A stretch of 58,985 nt of DNA, from NCBI GenBank assembly GCA_018398765.1, contig JAHBMJ010000050.1, forward strand, positions 1 through 58,985. The letters are read 5' to 3'. Both the position numbers and the translations under genes were made by a program. The notes under the pieces are model-generated. The model had not been told where the DNA came from, searched no databases, and saw only the letters and a program-made list of their open reading frames with translations. Position 1 is the first letter of the stretch; each line of letters starts with the position of its first letter. Source of the DNA: Chromera velia (taxonomy: Eukaryota). Positions 23,828 to 36,076 of this stretch are shown here, one piece after another.

Positions 23828-26558
23828 TTACTGCGACCCCCTGCCCACCCTTCGAGCGCCCCCTTTGCCCGATCCCATTTCGTTCCCATAAGCGTCCACA
23901 TTGGCTGAGAAAGCCGAGTCCATCGCCGCTGCGGGGCCCTGCTCCTCCTTCTTCTTCGGAAACGCCACCCCGGCAGAGGAACGCCAGGACCCCGGCCCGT
24001 ATCCCACAGAGGACTGTGCCGCCTGCTGCAGGTGCGCGTTCGCGTTCTGAGGAGATACGGGGGCAGACGCGGTAGCAGCAGGTCCCGCGCTCCCGGTACT
24101 GTTTCGAGCAGAGGGCACGGATCCGGTCCTGCAAGCATCAAGGCAAACACAGAAACACACAGACAGACAGATACAGACAGACAGACAGACAGACAGACAC
24201 ACAGAAACCACGCAAAGAGGGAGAGAGGGAGACCTGTAAGATAAGGAGCAAAATTAAATGAGCCGGTCGGCGATGCTTCAGTGATGTCTCGAATGAAAGA
24301 GAAAAGATGTGAACATGCGTTTACTGCAAGTGAACGAAGGGCGCTGGAGAGAACCGAAGAAGTAGGAAGACGGATTTTGCGAAAGGTTACTGTGTAGAAA
24401 GGTGACCTGATGTCCACTTTCATGCATGACTATTACAACACCCTCTTTCCTTCCTTCCCTCCATGGACTAATTGATTAATAAATTCATTCATTCATTCAT
24501 TCATTCGTTCCTCCCTCCCTCCCTCCCTCCCTCCCTCCCTCCCTCCCTTCCTTCCTTCCTTCCTTCCTTCCTTCCATCCATCCATCCATCCATCCATCCT
24601 TCCTTCCTTCCTTCCTTCCTTCCTTCCNATTCATTCATTCATTCATTGATTCATTCATTCAATCATTCATTCATACATTCTTTCCTGGCTTCTTTCAATT
24701 GTTTGTGTGCACATTTGTTCCTTTGTCTGCTCATTCATTTATTCACTCAATCGATCACCAACTCATTCCTTTCTTCCTCCGGTTTGTTCCTTTCTTGATG
24801 GAATGATCAACACTCCCATGCACCTACTCACGTACCTTCCTGCTGCTGCACTTCCAGTTGTCCCTCCTCCCGGACGCGACGGAGAGGGCGAAGAGGGCGC
24901 TGAGACACCCGGAGAACTGAACACGGACCCACGCACGCTGGCACCCCCCCCGGCAGCACCTGCTCCCCCCGGCTTTGCGGCAATCGCAGCGCCAGCTGAC
25001 CGCATTGCAGATGCCACAGACGGCTTAGTGGAGCCGGGCGCGACGTGTACTGCGGGCATCGAATTTCTTCCTCCCGCCCCCCCTGCGGTGCTGTTGTGGG
25101 AAATCCACTTACTCTTCGCCCCCCCTGCAGCTTTGCCCCCCTTCTTGTTATTTTGCTGCCACATCTGCTGGAGCATCTCCACTGTGAACACGGGCTTTTC
25201 TGTTTTTTTGACATTCGTCTCGTCTTCTGGAAGCTGGTCGATCGCCTGAATGCATGTGCATGGGGGGGAGGGAAGGGAGGAAGAACCGTGTAAATAGATA
25301 GAGAGTTGGGCGACTCGGTTGGACTAAAAAGAAGGGCATCTAGAAGAGAGTTGGGCGACTCGGTTGGACTAAAAAGAAGGGCATCTAGAAGAGAGTTGGG
25401 CGACTCGGTTGGACTAAAAAGAAGGGCATCTAGAAGAGAGTTGGGCGACTCGGTTGGACTAAAAAGAAGGGCATCTAGAAGAGAGTTGGGCGACTCGGTT
25501 GGACTAAAAAGAAGGGCATCTAGAAGAGAGTTGGGCGACTCGGTTGGACTAAAAAGAAGGGCATCTAGAAGAGAGTTGGGCGACTCGGTTGGACTAAAAA
25601 GAAGGGCATCTAGATGTAGACGAACAGGAGGAAAAGAGAAGACAAAGAAGAGCAACACCACGAGTCAAAGAAGAGGCCAACGAACAAAAGAAAAGAAAGT
25701 GAGATGAAGGACAGGCAAGGCTGTTCAAGTAGAGCAGTCAGGTTGCGGATAGATAGGAATGAGCGTATTGAACCAGTCCTGGTTAAATTTTTGGAAAAAT
25801 GTTTTTCCTCTTCTGCAGAGCACTCAACTAAACCGCTTTGGGCATTTAAAGTCACGTCACCGAAACGTTTGGACGGGTGGATGGAAGCTGGGCGAGTAGC
25901 CACAACACAGAGCGAAGATATACAAGAAAGGTCAGGCAAAAACCAGGTTTGTCCGTCTGCCGGCGCAAGCACAATTTTCAATCCTCTTGTGGGCTGCGTG
26001 TGTGTCAATATGGTAAAGCCCTTCTTCGTCAACCGGACTGACCTGATCCAAGTCGATTTCCTCTTGGCTCTGCAGCGCTCGGAGTCCGCCGGCTGCTCCA
26101 CTGATTGATGTTCGCCTCTGCCACTGCCCTTCTCTTGTTGGAAGACCCCTGTTTGAAGGCGACTTATCAAATTCTTCCTCCAACTCGTCAAGGAGATCTG
26201 GAATGTCGTGAAAAGACTTTGAACGCCCGAGTTTACTTCGTGCTCTCATAAACGGATTGTCATCCCTCCTGATGATACTCTGGCGCCTCCCTTGAATTAC
26301 CGGTGCGTCTGTCACACGGGCCGTGCTTCCTCGTCGTTCTCGGGCCGGACCTGGGGGCCCCCCCTGATGCTGAGATAGACCTAGAGGACTGACGCACATG
26401 TTCTGTGACGCGTTCGGGTCGAATTCCGATGTGGGCGGTCTCTCAAACACAGAGCTCTTTCGACGTCCTTGGCGGCCGCAGCTGGCCTGGCTGCCTCTCC
26501 TGTCATCCGTCCCAGCCCCCTCCTGAGAATAAAATACTTCGTTTTGCGCATATATCAT
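23828..26558 (-). CDS. Hypothetical disordered protein (3 exons)
   Basis: Exons about 26558-26043, 25244-24836 and 24128-23828 join in frame (…EIDLDQ/AIDQLPED…AAAGR/TGSVPS…GRGSQ*). It is rich in Gly, Ser, Ala and Arg, with no recognisable domain. The start is uncertain. Confidence 0.65.
24480..24680. repeat. Compound intronic microsatellite (ATTC/CCCT/CCTT/CCAT)
   Basis: Directly visible tetranucleotide arrays. Confidence 0.9.
25301..25614. repeat. Perfect 45-bp minisatellite, 7 copies, intronic
   Basis: Unit GAGAGTTGGGCGACTCGGTTGGACTAAAAAGAAGGGCATCTAGAA, repeated head to tail with no spacers. Confidence 0.97.
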
Positions 26559-27728
26559 CTTGGCATCCGATTTTCCTTCATGGACTCGGTTAGACAGCAA
26601 CGCGACGTCCCGACCTCAAGGCGGAGCGTTGAGAGAAGAAATGCGCATGCAGGTCAGAAAGAAAGTTTGGCTGAACACTGCCGTTGACTCAATGAGGCTT
26701 GTGAGCGTCGATTTGACGGTCCGCTGCTCAGCAAACTGATGACTACTTGCTTTCCATCACGGCCTTTGTACAGAGAGAGGAGCTCTGATTCAAATCAAGC
26801 AAGTACGCCATGCTCTCTCAAGGATCGATCGAGGGAAAATTACAACAAATGACATGCACCGAGTATATATTCATACGGGATACACCCAACCAGTTGGGTG
26901 AGTGCCTCGGGGGGCTATTTAGGGGTCCGCTAATTGATGCACACCATCGGGGGCTTGGGCATGTCTAAGTTGTGTGCTGCCATGGGGCGGGGGCCACGGC
27001 AGCGAAGTATGCTTTTCGGGACCGCGCGCGCGTTGTATGCATGTGCAACTCCGTGCGAGTTACTTGAGGGGCACGCATGCCCGTGCCATCGTGGCATGTG
27101 CGATCGCGGAATGTGCGGCTCCGTGCGATCGCGGCTCCGTGCGAGTTGCTTGAGGGGCACATTTTGGAACACGGAGACAGAACCGATCCCCCCCCCCCCT
27201 CAAAAATGAAAAAATGCGTTATGCGAGTGCGTGCGATCTCAGGGCCTCTCGGCTGATCTCAGCAGAGCTGAGCTGCTCCCCGAGGCGATAGACGGCAGAG
27301 TCGACGAGACTGCATGCATGCAGCGCATGGCCGGGCCCGGTGGGCCACAGTGGGCCAAATTAATCATGCAGCCCGGCCGGGGCCGCCGGGCAGACTGTAT
27401 CGGAGTCTATTCGGAGATCCCGGCGGGCCGGGAGCGCTGTCAAAGAGAGATTGTGAGCACAGCAAATCTTGCTCCTCAAGGGATCGTATACTGTCATGAA
27501 CTGCACATGTGTAGAAGCCTTCGACCACCATCACACGCGTCTGCTCCGTGAGGGAAACCGTTTGTTGTTGTGAGCCGCATTCTCATGAGGCCACTTGTTG
27601 CACCATAGAGACAGACTGAAGAAAAATTAGACTCTGATGCGTGAGTGAATCCGTTGATTTGTTTTCCGCGAGCGTCTGTCTGTTGCTGTCCCTTCTCAGA
27701 CCGCTCGTTCTCGAACACTCACTCCTCA

Positions 27729-30144
27729 ATGGGGACTCTGTGCACAAAAGAGCAGGCGATCGACGATCCGATCTCCCTCGGATATGAAAACTTCGCCAAA
27801 ATAGAGGACTGGGGAAGGTGCAAGGGAGGGGCGAAGATTGTACCGGACAGAAAGGCAATGGTTTACTACCAAATTAAAGATCGCTTTCGCAGTTCCTACA
27901 AAGCCGCTTCGGAAGGGTGGCAACACGCCTTCCCCATGATGGCGAGAGACGTTTTCGGACACCCCAGGAACCATGTTGCATTTATCGAGCCTGCCGTGTT
28001 GACGCACCTGCTCCCCTTTCTTTACGAGAAGTCGCTGTACAGAGCAGCCACCGTGTGTCCACACTGGTTCGCTGCAATAGTCAAGGCCTTGGGGGACATC
28101 GCGTCGGATCTAGACCTGGAAGTCAGGAAGGCGGTCTTTCCTTTTCTAGACGTGCGACGGGCACGCACTGACTGGAACGTCATTCACACGGCGGACGTGG
28201 GAGTGCGGTATGATCGGATATACTGGGGAGAGGTGCGTCGGCAGACAGACAGACAGAATTCGATTGTGTCCTTCTGCCTCACATGTACCCCTCTATCTCA
28301 ATGAACGAAAGGACCGGCTCCCGTTTCTGAGTTGAAGTCATGTTCTTCCTTTGTCCCTTTCCCCTTCGGTCTGTTGTTGTTCGAGCTGGAGCCTGCCCGG
28401 CCCCTTTTCAGTCTGGACATAGACCTTTGAAGGGAAGTGGGCTGCTGTGTTCAGTAAGGATAAAAAAAAGAAGAGTTGCGTTTGTCTTTACTTGGGCCTT
28501 CCGGTCTTCCGTTCAGTCTTTCTTCCCTTGTGTTTTCTGTTCCGGCATCTTTCCTTATTCCCCCCCATGTAGCTGTTTTTCTTTCACGGAAAATTTGTCT
28601 TTTTTATCCATCGCTTGATTCTGTTTCAATCTGCAGGTGACCCCTGTGGCACAGAACCAGACAGTGGAGATCTCATACTCTTTCTGTTACGTGGAGGGAG
28701 CAGAAGCAGGGAACAGCACCAGCGCCAGCACGGCAGACGGCACTTCGACCGTGTACAACTTTTACAAAGGAGGCAGGTGTGGAGACGCCGCTACGGACGC
28801 CCCATCCTCGTCAGCTGCTGCTGCCGCTTCAGAGAGAGAGACGGGGAGCGCATGGGGGGCTGGGCAGATGGCCGAGGACAGGGGGAGGAAACGGTACTCG
28901 GCGTCGTACAAATTCTCTGTGCTTCCGAAGGGCAGCAAGAGAAGAATATGGGCAGAGAGAGACATTTGCAGGTAGGTAGGTGTGCAAAGAGAGCTCTCTC
29001 TGTTCATGGTTTTCTGGTGCACTCACTTGCGTGCGCTCTGACTGTCGATCAAGGGTGATGAAGCACCGTATGTGTGGAGAGGGAAAGGGGTGGAATGGCT
29101 GGGAGGGTAACTGAATGGGTAGGCGGGCCGGCACGAGAATTCGTGAATGGATAAAACCAACCAGCCAGTGAGCCTGTGGGAGAGAGAATCGAGCCATTTC
29201 TCATCCCTCAGTCTCGCGCTCTCTCTGTTTCTCTAGGTGGTCTGCTCTTTCGGGTGTCCGCACATCTGCACAGATATACGTACATACATGACTCTCCAAG
29301 AGCACAAAGAGAAGCGCAGATAGACAGACGGACAGACAGCCTGACAGGTCGTATTGTTGCCGGAGCCAGTCTAGTGAGAGGTTCTACAGCAAGGCTGCTC
29401 AGTCGCTCTTGAACGAACTTCTTCGGGCGGATCAAATGGGCGTGAATGTCAAGTGTTTTTTTCGTTGTTCTTTCTGTAGCGTTTCTCGTCGTTTCACGCT
29501 TTGCCTGCTCCTTTTCTCTCTCTCTTCAGACATCACGGGGACGAAGCCCGGATTGCCACCACCCCCTGGATCATGCCTGTGTGCGTGGGGGACGTGGTGG
29601 AGTTTGGGGTTCAGTTGGCGAATCTGGTGGGGGCAGTGGACCTAGACTCGGTGCGGATGGAGAAGGTGAACATCTCCAAATTTAGGTCGGTCAGTCTCTC
29701 TCTCTGCCTCTCTCCGAGGGGCTCTCCGAGGGGGGAAGGAGGGGAGAGAGGAAGGCGAAGGGAACGGGGATTTCGGTGTTTGAGCATTTCTTCGTTCCCT
29801 GTCCCTCTTCTGAATTTTTCTTTACAAAACAAGTGTCGTTTTCGAAAAAATTAGTTCAGTCTCATTTTCGGTCTTCTGTTTCAGTCTGGACCAGGGGCAT
29901 CACCAACCTGATGAATTTGTGGAGACAGAAATGAAACCAAATCATCTCTCTGTCGCTCTCTCTCTTTCTCTCTCTCTCTCTTTCTCTCAGGCTGGACGAG
30001 TGCTTCTACGAGACCGATTGGACAATCGGGAGGAAATGGTCAGGGACTGCATGAGGTGTCCTTTCTTGCCCCCCCCCCTTGTCTCTTTGCCTGTTTCTCT
30101 CTCTCTCTCTCTCTCTCTCTCCCTCTCTCTCCCTCTCTTCCTCT

Positions 30145-30209
<65 letters not shown>

Positions 30210-30300
30210 CCCTCTCTCTTTCTCCATACACATACACACACACACACACACACGCACGCACGCACTCTCGGACGTTACACATATACACACATACACACAC

Positions 30301-30368
<68 letters not shown>

Positions 30369-30385
30369 TGACCACACACAGAGGG

Positions 30386-30416
<31 letters not shown>

Positions 30417-30919
30417 CCTGTCGTTTTTGATGAAGTTCTGTTTTATTTTCTCTGGGAATGACTGAGAATCGAACGACATTTGTGTCTGGCTGCGTCGGTC
30501 TCTTGATTGCTTGCAGGGAGAACAGAGCTCTCTTCGAGGCCCAAACGGTGGAACGAGTGGATGATCACCGTAAGTCGCTCTGCTCTTTCGTGCTTGTTTG
30601 CTTGCTTGCTTGGTTGGATGAGATGGGACGGTTCCCCCCTCTTTTTGCAGTACGTTTCCGTCTTTCCTTCTTTCTTCCCTCCTGCTTCCCTCCTTATTTT
30701 GTTTCTTGCATATGAGTGCACAGGCTTTTCCCTTCCCTTGCGTCGTGTTCCTCGAAAGGACAAGTTGTGTGTTGTTTCAGGAAGTTGTGCGGGAAGGAAG
30801 GAAGGATGGGTGAGGGGTCAGATGCCAATTGGTTCCCTTCGATTGGGGAGAGAGAGGTTTTCTTCGTGCCTGCACAGGTGCGTGTCCCTCCCGCATCTGT
30901 GTTTGTCTAACTGGGTGTA

Positions 30920-30950
<31 letters not shown>

Positions 30951-31938
30951 ATGTGTGTGTGCGAGTCTGTGTTGCAGCACCGGAGCACTTTGCCCCCCAC
31001 CTCCGCCACGTGTGGACTCTGTACTCCGGTGGGGACATTGTGGTGTCAAAGTCTCTTCATGTGGCAGAGAAAAATGGTCCGTCGGTCGGTCGCTTAGTTC
31101 TTTGGACGGTGACGATCAGTGTTGGGGGGGGCATTTCCTTCGGCTTTCCTGTGAGGTTCACATGCTTCGTGAATGAGCTGTCTTGTTTATCAGTCATAAA
31201 GAGTGTTCTCTATCCGTCTTTCTTCTTCCTTTCTGTTTGTTTGTTTGTGCTTTTCCTCCAGGCGCTGTACCAAATTCGGTGCGTCACCTGGGAGTGGTCT
31301 GGGAGGTGTACAACCCAGATGCCTCGGTGGTGGTTCCTCTGAAGCGGTCCCTGATCTACCACGATCGGCAAGCGAGCATCCAGCTCAGACAGGTGCGTGC
31401 GTGCGTCGATGTGCGTGAAGTTTAGCGGGTGGGTGTGCGCGGATAGGATCGGATCGGTTGGGCTCTCGGTTGCGTCATCGAAATGTTGAAAGGAAGAGAG
31501 CGCTGCTTTCGAAACTGCCAGATAGATCACATGACATCCGCGAATCGACCTGAGTAGAGGCTGGGGGGGGGGCGTCCATATGCGATGGCAAACTTGGCAG
31601 CCAGTCTTGCTTGTATGTCGCCTTCACTTATTCCATCCATGCGTCTGGCGAGAGTGCATGGGTGCTGGAGGGAAAAGGGTACCTTCGTTTTTGCTTTGCT
31701 GAATTGTCAAGGATTGATGGAAACCCTTCAAAGTGGGCTGTAGAGTTCCCAGTTAATGGAAAGGGTAGACCGGAAGTGTTTGAATGAATCAATTAAGTGA
31801 GCTGGGGGGTGCTTGGGTGTGCCAGCGTGCCTGTCCGTCTGTTTTTTCTTTTTTGTGTGGGTGTCATTCTTTCTTCCCTCTTTTTTGCAGGGAGACGAGC
31901 TCCTGTTTTATGTGATGAAGGGCGGGAAGATGGCATGA
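27729..31938 (+). CDS. N-acylated F-box protein, similar in layout to apicomplexan FBXO1 (8 exons)
   Basis: Exons about 27729-28232, 28637-28971, 29530-29684, 29991-30038, 30517-30569, 30978-31076, 31262-31392 and 31891-31938 are phase-compatible. N-terminus MGTLCTK. F-box-like segment FIEPAVLTHLLPFLYEKSLYRAATVCPHWFAAI. C-terminus QLRQGDELLFYVMKGGKMA. Confidence 0.75.
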
Positions 31939-33957
31939 ATTAAGGGTGCTCGGGAGAGGGAGGAAAAGGTACGGACAAACACCCGTGGCTGTGGAGAGAG
32001 TGGGAGGAGGGAAGGAGGGGGCTCTTTCTCTGAATCTCTTGGCCACTGTTTGTCTGTGTGTTCATGCCTGGGCGGGGTGAGGAGAGAAGATGAATGGGAG
32101 AGGGCGAAAAACTGCGCTGCACCTTCTGCTGGGACCCTCGAGACCGTGCAAACCTCCTGTGGAAGGCATCTTCTCTGACACACTTCCTCTCGCCGTTGCT
32201 CTCTGTCTGGGTGGGCGCATACCGCGCGCCCTCCAACTCTCCACTTCTCTTTGTAATTCCTTTAGACCAACCTGCATTGAGGTGTCTCCTTCTTTCCATC
32301 ATTCGAAGGAATGTCTTTCGGAGAGAAGAGGAGGGCTTCCTGTATTCCCTCCCCTCTTCGATCGAGCTGTACAAACAGAGGAGAGGAGAGGAAAGGACCC
32401 TTACCTGCCTGCCAGAGGAGGGATCTTCTGACAGCTAGTGCGCATCTGCTCGGCCTCTCCCCCTTAATTCTTTCATTCTTCCTCCCTCCGTCTTCCTTCA
32501 TTCTTTCTTGGGAGTTCCCGGCCTTTCGGGTAATTGACAAGAGCGGGTCTTAATGAAAAGTGACTTCAAAAGTCAAATGAGTTCTGCATGTGTTGCTTAT
32601 ATTTATATGCATGTGTTCCTTATAGGACATTTCTATCAAATTTCTACTAGAATTTCTATCGATTTCTATGTGATTTCTACTACTATACTGGATTTCTATG
32701 ATATTTGTATCTAGTTTTCAGACACTGTTTTCTAATAGATCTATAAGTTTTTTATGATTATAGGATTAGGATTAAGATTTATGTTCTGGGGTTGTCCCGG
32801 GGTCCACTGCCGGGGGACGGCTTGCATCGGGTATTTCTATAACTTTTTGTGGGGGTACGAAGACGTCTATTACGTGTGCTTAATTCTAGGTTTAATTTCA
32901 TACTCTGTTGTGGTAACTTTATTCAAAAATTTACCTTATAAGCTAGACTATAGAAGCTAGACCTTAAAGTACTATATAAAGGACCTACTAATAAAGATGG
33001 GGTGCAAACATGCTAAGCCCTGCACTTAACATAGCGCCGGGAAGGCTTAGCGCGGAACGAATCACTAAAAAAACTTTAAAACTAATAAAAGCTTTTAATC
33101 TTAATTTTTTTAAAAAAATTTATTAAATAACCTTGTGCAACAGTTGTTTGTGACAGTTTATCTCTATGTTTATGTTATCACGTATTGTGCATGATAAGCA
33201 TTGAATTCAGCCATTGATCTAGGCATTGATGATACAATAAAATCAAAAACTATATATAATTAAAAAAACGCTAAAGTTTGCCGCGCTGTGGTAGCGGTGG
33301 TGCAAGGTTTAGCAAATATAAAATTTTAAATCACTCAATCATGTGCACTGGCCCACCAGAACGGCACCGATCGATTGAAAGTTGTGAAACATGATTCAGG
33401 CTTCCTTTTACACGCCTGTTTTTTTCTTCTGCTTTCCCAATCCAGATTATTCCGCGTGCCCACGCACTGAGGAGTTCGAACAACGACCGTGACTAGGACC
33501 GTGAGGGACCTAGTGAGGGACTCAAGAAGGAAATTTCAGGGCAGACCGTAGCAGCTCTGCATCGATACACAAAAATACATGCACCGAGAGCCTCTAAACT
33601 CCGTTTCTTGAATTTTGTCTTCCTCCATGCATTCCCCCCGAATCAAATCTCTAGTTTGTCATTCAACCAAGTCCATTCAGAACAACCCCACCGACTCATC
33701 TGTCAGACCTGCAATGCATGTCAACAGACCCTCCAACAGCGGCGCAAATTAAGGAACTGGAAAGGTATTCATGGAGAGAGTCACTGAGGCTCCTTGGTCC
33801 TCCCTGCTCATGCACTCTGTAAATTAAGAAAAGAAATCCTGTCGTCCTCTCGCTCCTTGACCGAGCTGTCAGACGCTCCATTCTCTTGTCTGCCTGTCTG
33901 TCTGTCTGTCTGCCTGTCTGTCTGACCCCACTCTAATCCCTTCTTCCGCCTGTAAGC

Positions 33958-33990
<33 letters not shown>

Positions 33991-34149
33991 ATGAGCAAGT
34001 GAGTGAGTGCAGAGATGGTCGACGGGTCTATCTCCCGGCATTCTTTCTCCCCCTTTCTTATTTCTTTCCTTCCGCTTCCTTCCCCCCTTCCCCCAATTCC
34101 GTCCTTCCCTCACTCAATCATCCACTCATCCATCCATCCATCCATTCAA

Positions 34150-35544
34150 TCAGAGCTTTGCCCCCTCACTGGTGAGAACTTCGTAAATCGCATCGGCAAC
34201 GTAACCGATGTTGTTGTCATTCAGACCGGCGAGAGAAATTCGACCGCTCTTGAGCATGTACACATGATGCTTTTGAGTCATTCTCTCGGACTGTGCCACG
34301 GTGAGGCCCGTGAAAGAGAACATTCCTATCTGATTAGTGATGTGCTCCCACGTCCCCGGGGTCTTCCTCTCCTCCAGAGCCTTCCGGAGCAGCGATCGGA
34401 CTTTCAAAATCCTCCCTGCAATTTCCTTTAGCTCGGTCTCCCACCTCTTCTTCAATGCTGGGTCTTCGAGGATGCGGGAGACTAGCATGGCTCCATGGCG
34501 GGGGGGGGAGGAGTACATTGGACGTACGACTAGTTTGATACGGGAGAGAACGACTTTTGCTCTTTCGAAGTTCGCACAAAAGAGATGAAGCATCCCAATG
34601 CGCTCTCCGTAGAGACCAAAATTCTTCGCAAACGACTGGGCACAGATCATCTCCAGACCTGCTTTCTCGAACATCCGAACTGCTGCCCCATCTTTCTCCA
34701 AGTCCCCGCTTGCATACCCTTGATAGGCGTTATCAAAAAAGGGGAACAGTTTCTTTTCTTGGACGATCGACAGGATCTCACCCCACTGGGCTTCTGTGGG
34801 GTCCACCCCGGTCGGGTTGTGCGCACACGAATGAAGGAGCACAACGCTGCCTTCCGGGGCCGCTCTGAGCGTTTCGGTCATTCCCTTGAAGTCCAAACTT
34901 CTCGAGGCAGGATCCCAGTAGGGATACGTCCTGCACTCGATGCCGGACTTTTTCAGAATGTCCTTGTGGTTCCCCCACGTCGGGTCAGATACGTAACAGA
35001 TCTCCATACCCACCGTCTTCAGAAACTCAAACCCGACCCTCAGAGCCCCTGTGCCCGAGAGGGCTTGGAGGGAACAGATGCGAGAGAGATCAATGGAGGG
35101 ATCCTCTCCGAGGAGGAGCTGTTGGGTTAATTTCTTCAATGGGGCCCAGCCGTCAATGGGGAGGTACTCTTTATTTAGTGCCTCGTCTGCAGCTATCTGC
35201 CGCTCGACCTCTCTGACCACTGGGAGCACGACAGGTTTCCCCGTCTCGTCTCTGTACGCCCCAATGCCAAGGTCGACCTTGTTGGGGTTTGTGTCTGCTT
35301 TGTAGGCGAGGGCAGTGCCCAAAATGGGATCAGGAGGAGCCTCCTCCAATTTCTCGAACCAAGAGGCCCCAGCAGGCATGATGGTGAGTGCCTCGCTTCT
35401 CTTTGCTGTGTGCGGTGTGGAAAAGGCAGAAACAGAAGCCCCCCGCTTTTGTTGGAGAGTGGGGCTCAGGAGGAAAGAGTGCGAAAGACGGATACAAGAG
35501 AAAAACACAGAGCTCAGTAGGAACGCAACGAGACGGCAGTTCAT
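34150..35544 (-). CDS. Aspartate aminotransferase (class I PLP), intronless, with bipartite N-terminal leader and C-terminal AKL
   Basis: Motifs APPDPILG, KVDLGIGAYRD, EYLPIDG, QALSGTGALR, CAHNPTGVD, DNAYQGYASG, SFAKNFGLYGERIG and GRIS. Leader MNCRLVAFLLSSVFFSCIRLSHSFLLS. Confidence 0.96.
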   Translation of the reverse strand: MNCRLVAFLLSSVFFSCIRLSHSFLLSPTLQQKRGASVSAFSTPHTAKRSEALTIMPAGASWFEKLEEAPPDPILGTALAYKADTNPNKVDLGIGAYRDETGKPVVLPVVREVERQIAADEALNKEYLPIDGWAPLKKLTQQLLLGEDPSIDLSRICSLQALSGTGALRVGFEFLKTVGMEICYVSDPTWGNHKDILKKSGIECRTYPYWDPASRSLDFKGMTETLRAAPEGSVVLLHSCAHNPTGVDPTEAQWGEILSIVQEKKLFPFFDNAYQGYASGDLEKDGAAVRMFEKAGLEMICAQSFAKNFGLYGERIGMLHLFCANFERAKVVLSRIKLVVRPMYSSPPRHGAMLVSRILEDPALKKRWETELKEIAGRILKVRSLLRKALEERKTPGTWEHITNQIGMFSFTGLTVAQSERMTQKHHVYMLKSGRISLAGLNDNNIGYVADAIYEVLTSEGAKL

Positions 35545-36076
35545 CAGAGTCGGCTCGACGCCTCTCGATCTCCACCGCAACTGCAGCCCAAAAATCAAAG
35601 ACCGGTTTGAATGTGGAAGTTCTGGAGCTTCAACACAAAGGAGGATTGGGGACTGGGGAACTGCTGTATTCATATTGAGTTTGACATTCGAGACAGAGAA
35701 GGCAGTCTGACAGTCTGAGTGACGTGGGCACAAACGGGGCGGACTGGGTCCGACGCGGTCCGACCACAATCATGTCGGGCCATTGTCGGCGCGCGGAGAT
35801 GCGTCACATGCAGCTAGCTATAGCCGAATATAGCCGAATCTTCGGCTAGCTCTGCTGCAGCTGTGCGACCGCGTCTCTCGATCTTGTAGACGGAGACAGT
35901 GCATGTTGAAAGCATACTTGTAGTGTTCTGCAGATCCCCTCATCAACGGCAGGCGCTCTTTACGTATCTCACAGAAGAAGGTGATTCGGGTTTGAGACCT
36001 CTAAGTGGCCCATTTGGTTTTTTTTGGCGTACAAACTTGGTTTTCCGTACGTTTCTGGATTCAAAAAGTGACCAGC

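Noticed and set aside
25301..25614. CRISPR-like regular repeat
   Set aside because: Units are contiguous and identical with no spacers, there are no cas genes, and the context is a eukaryotic intron.
29919..30479. SL/CV/HT/ER-repeat ORFs (also 48067-48816)
   Set aside because: Dinucleotide microsatellite translations inside introns.
35545..35769. N-terminal extension of the AAT ORF
   Set aside because: It would bury the signal peptide and the ORF-track start is not an ATG; more likely 5' UTR.
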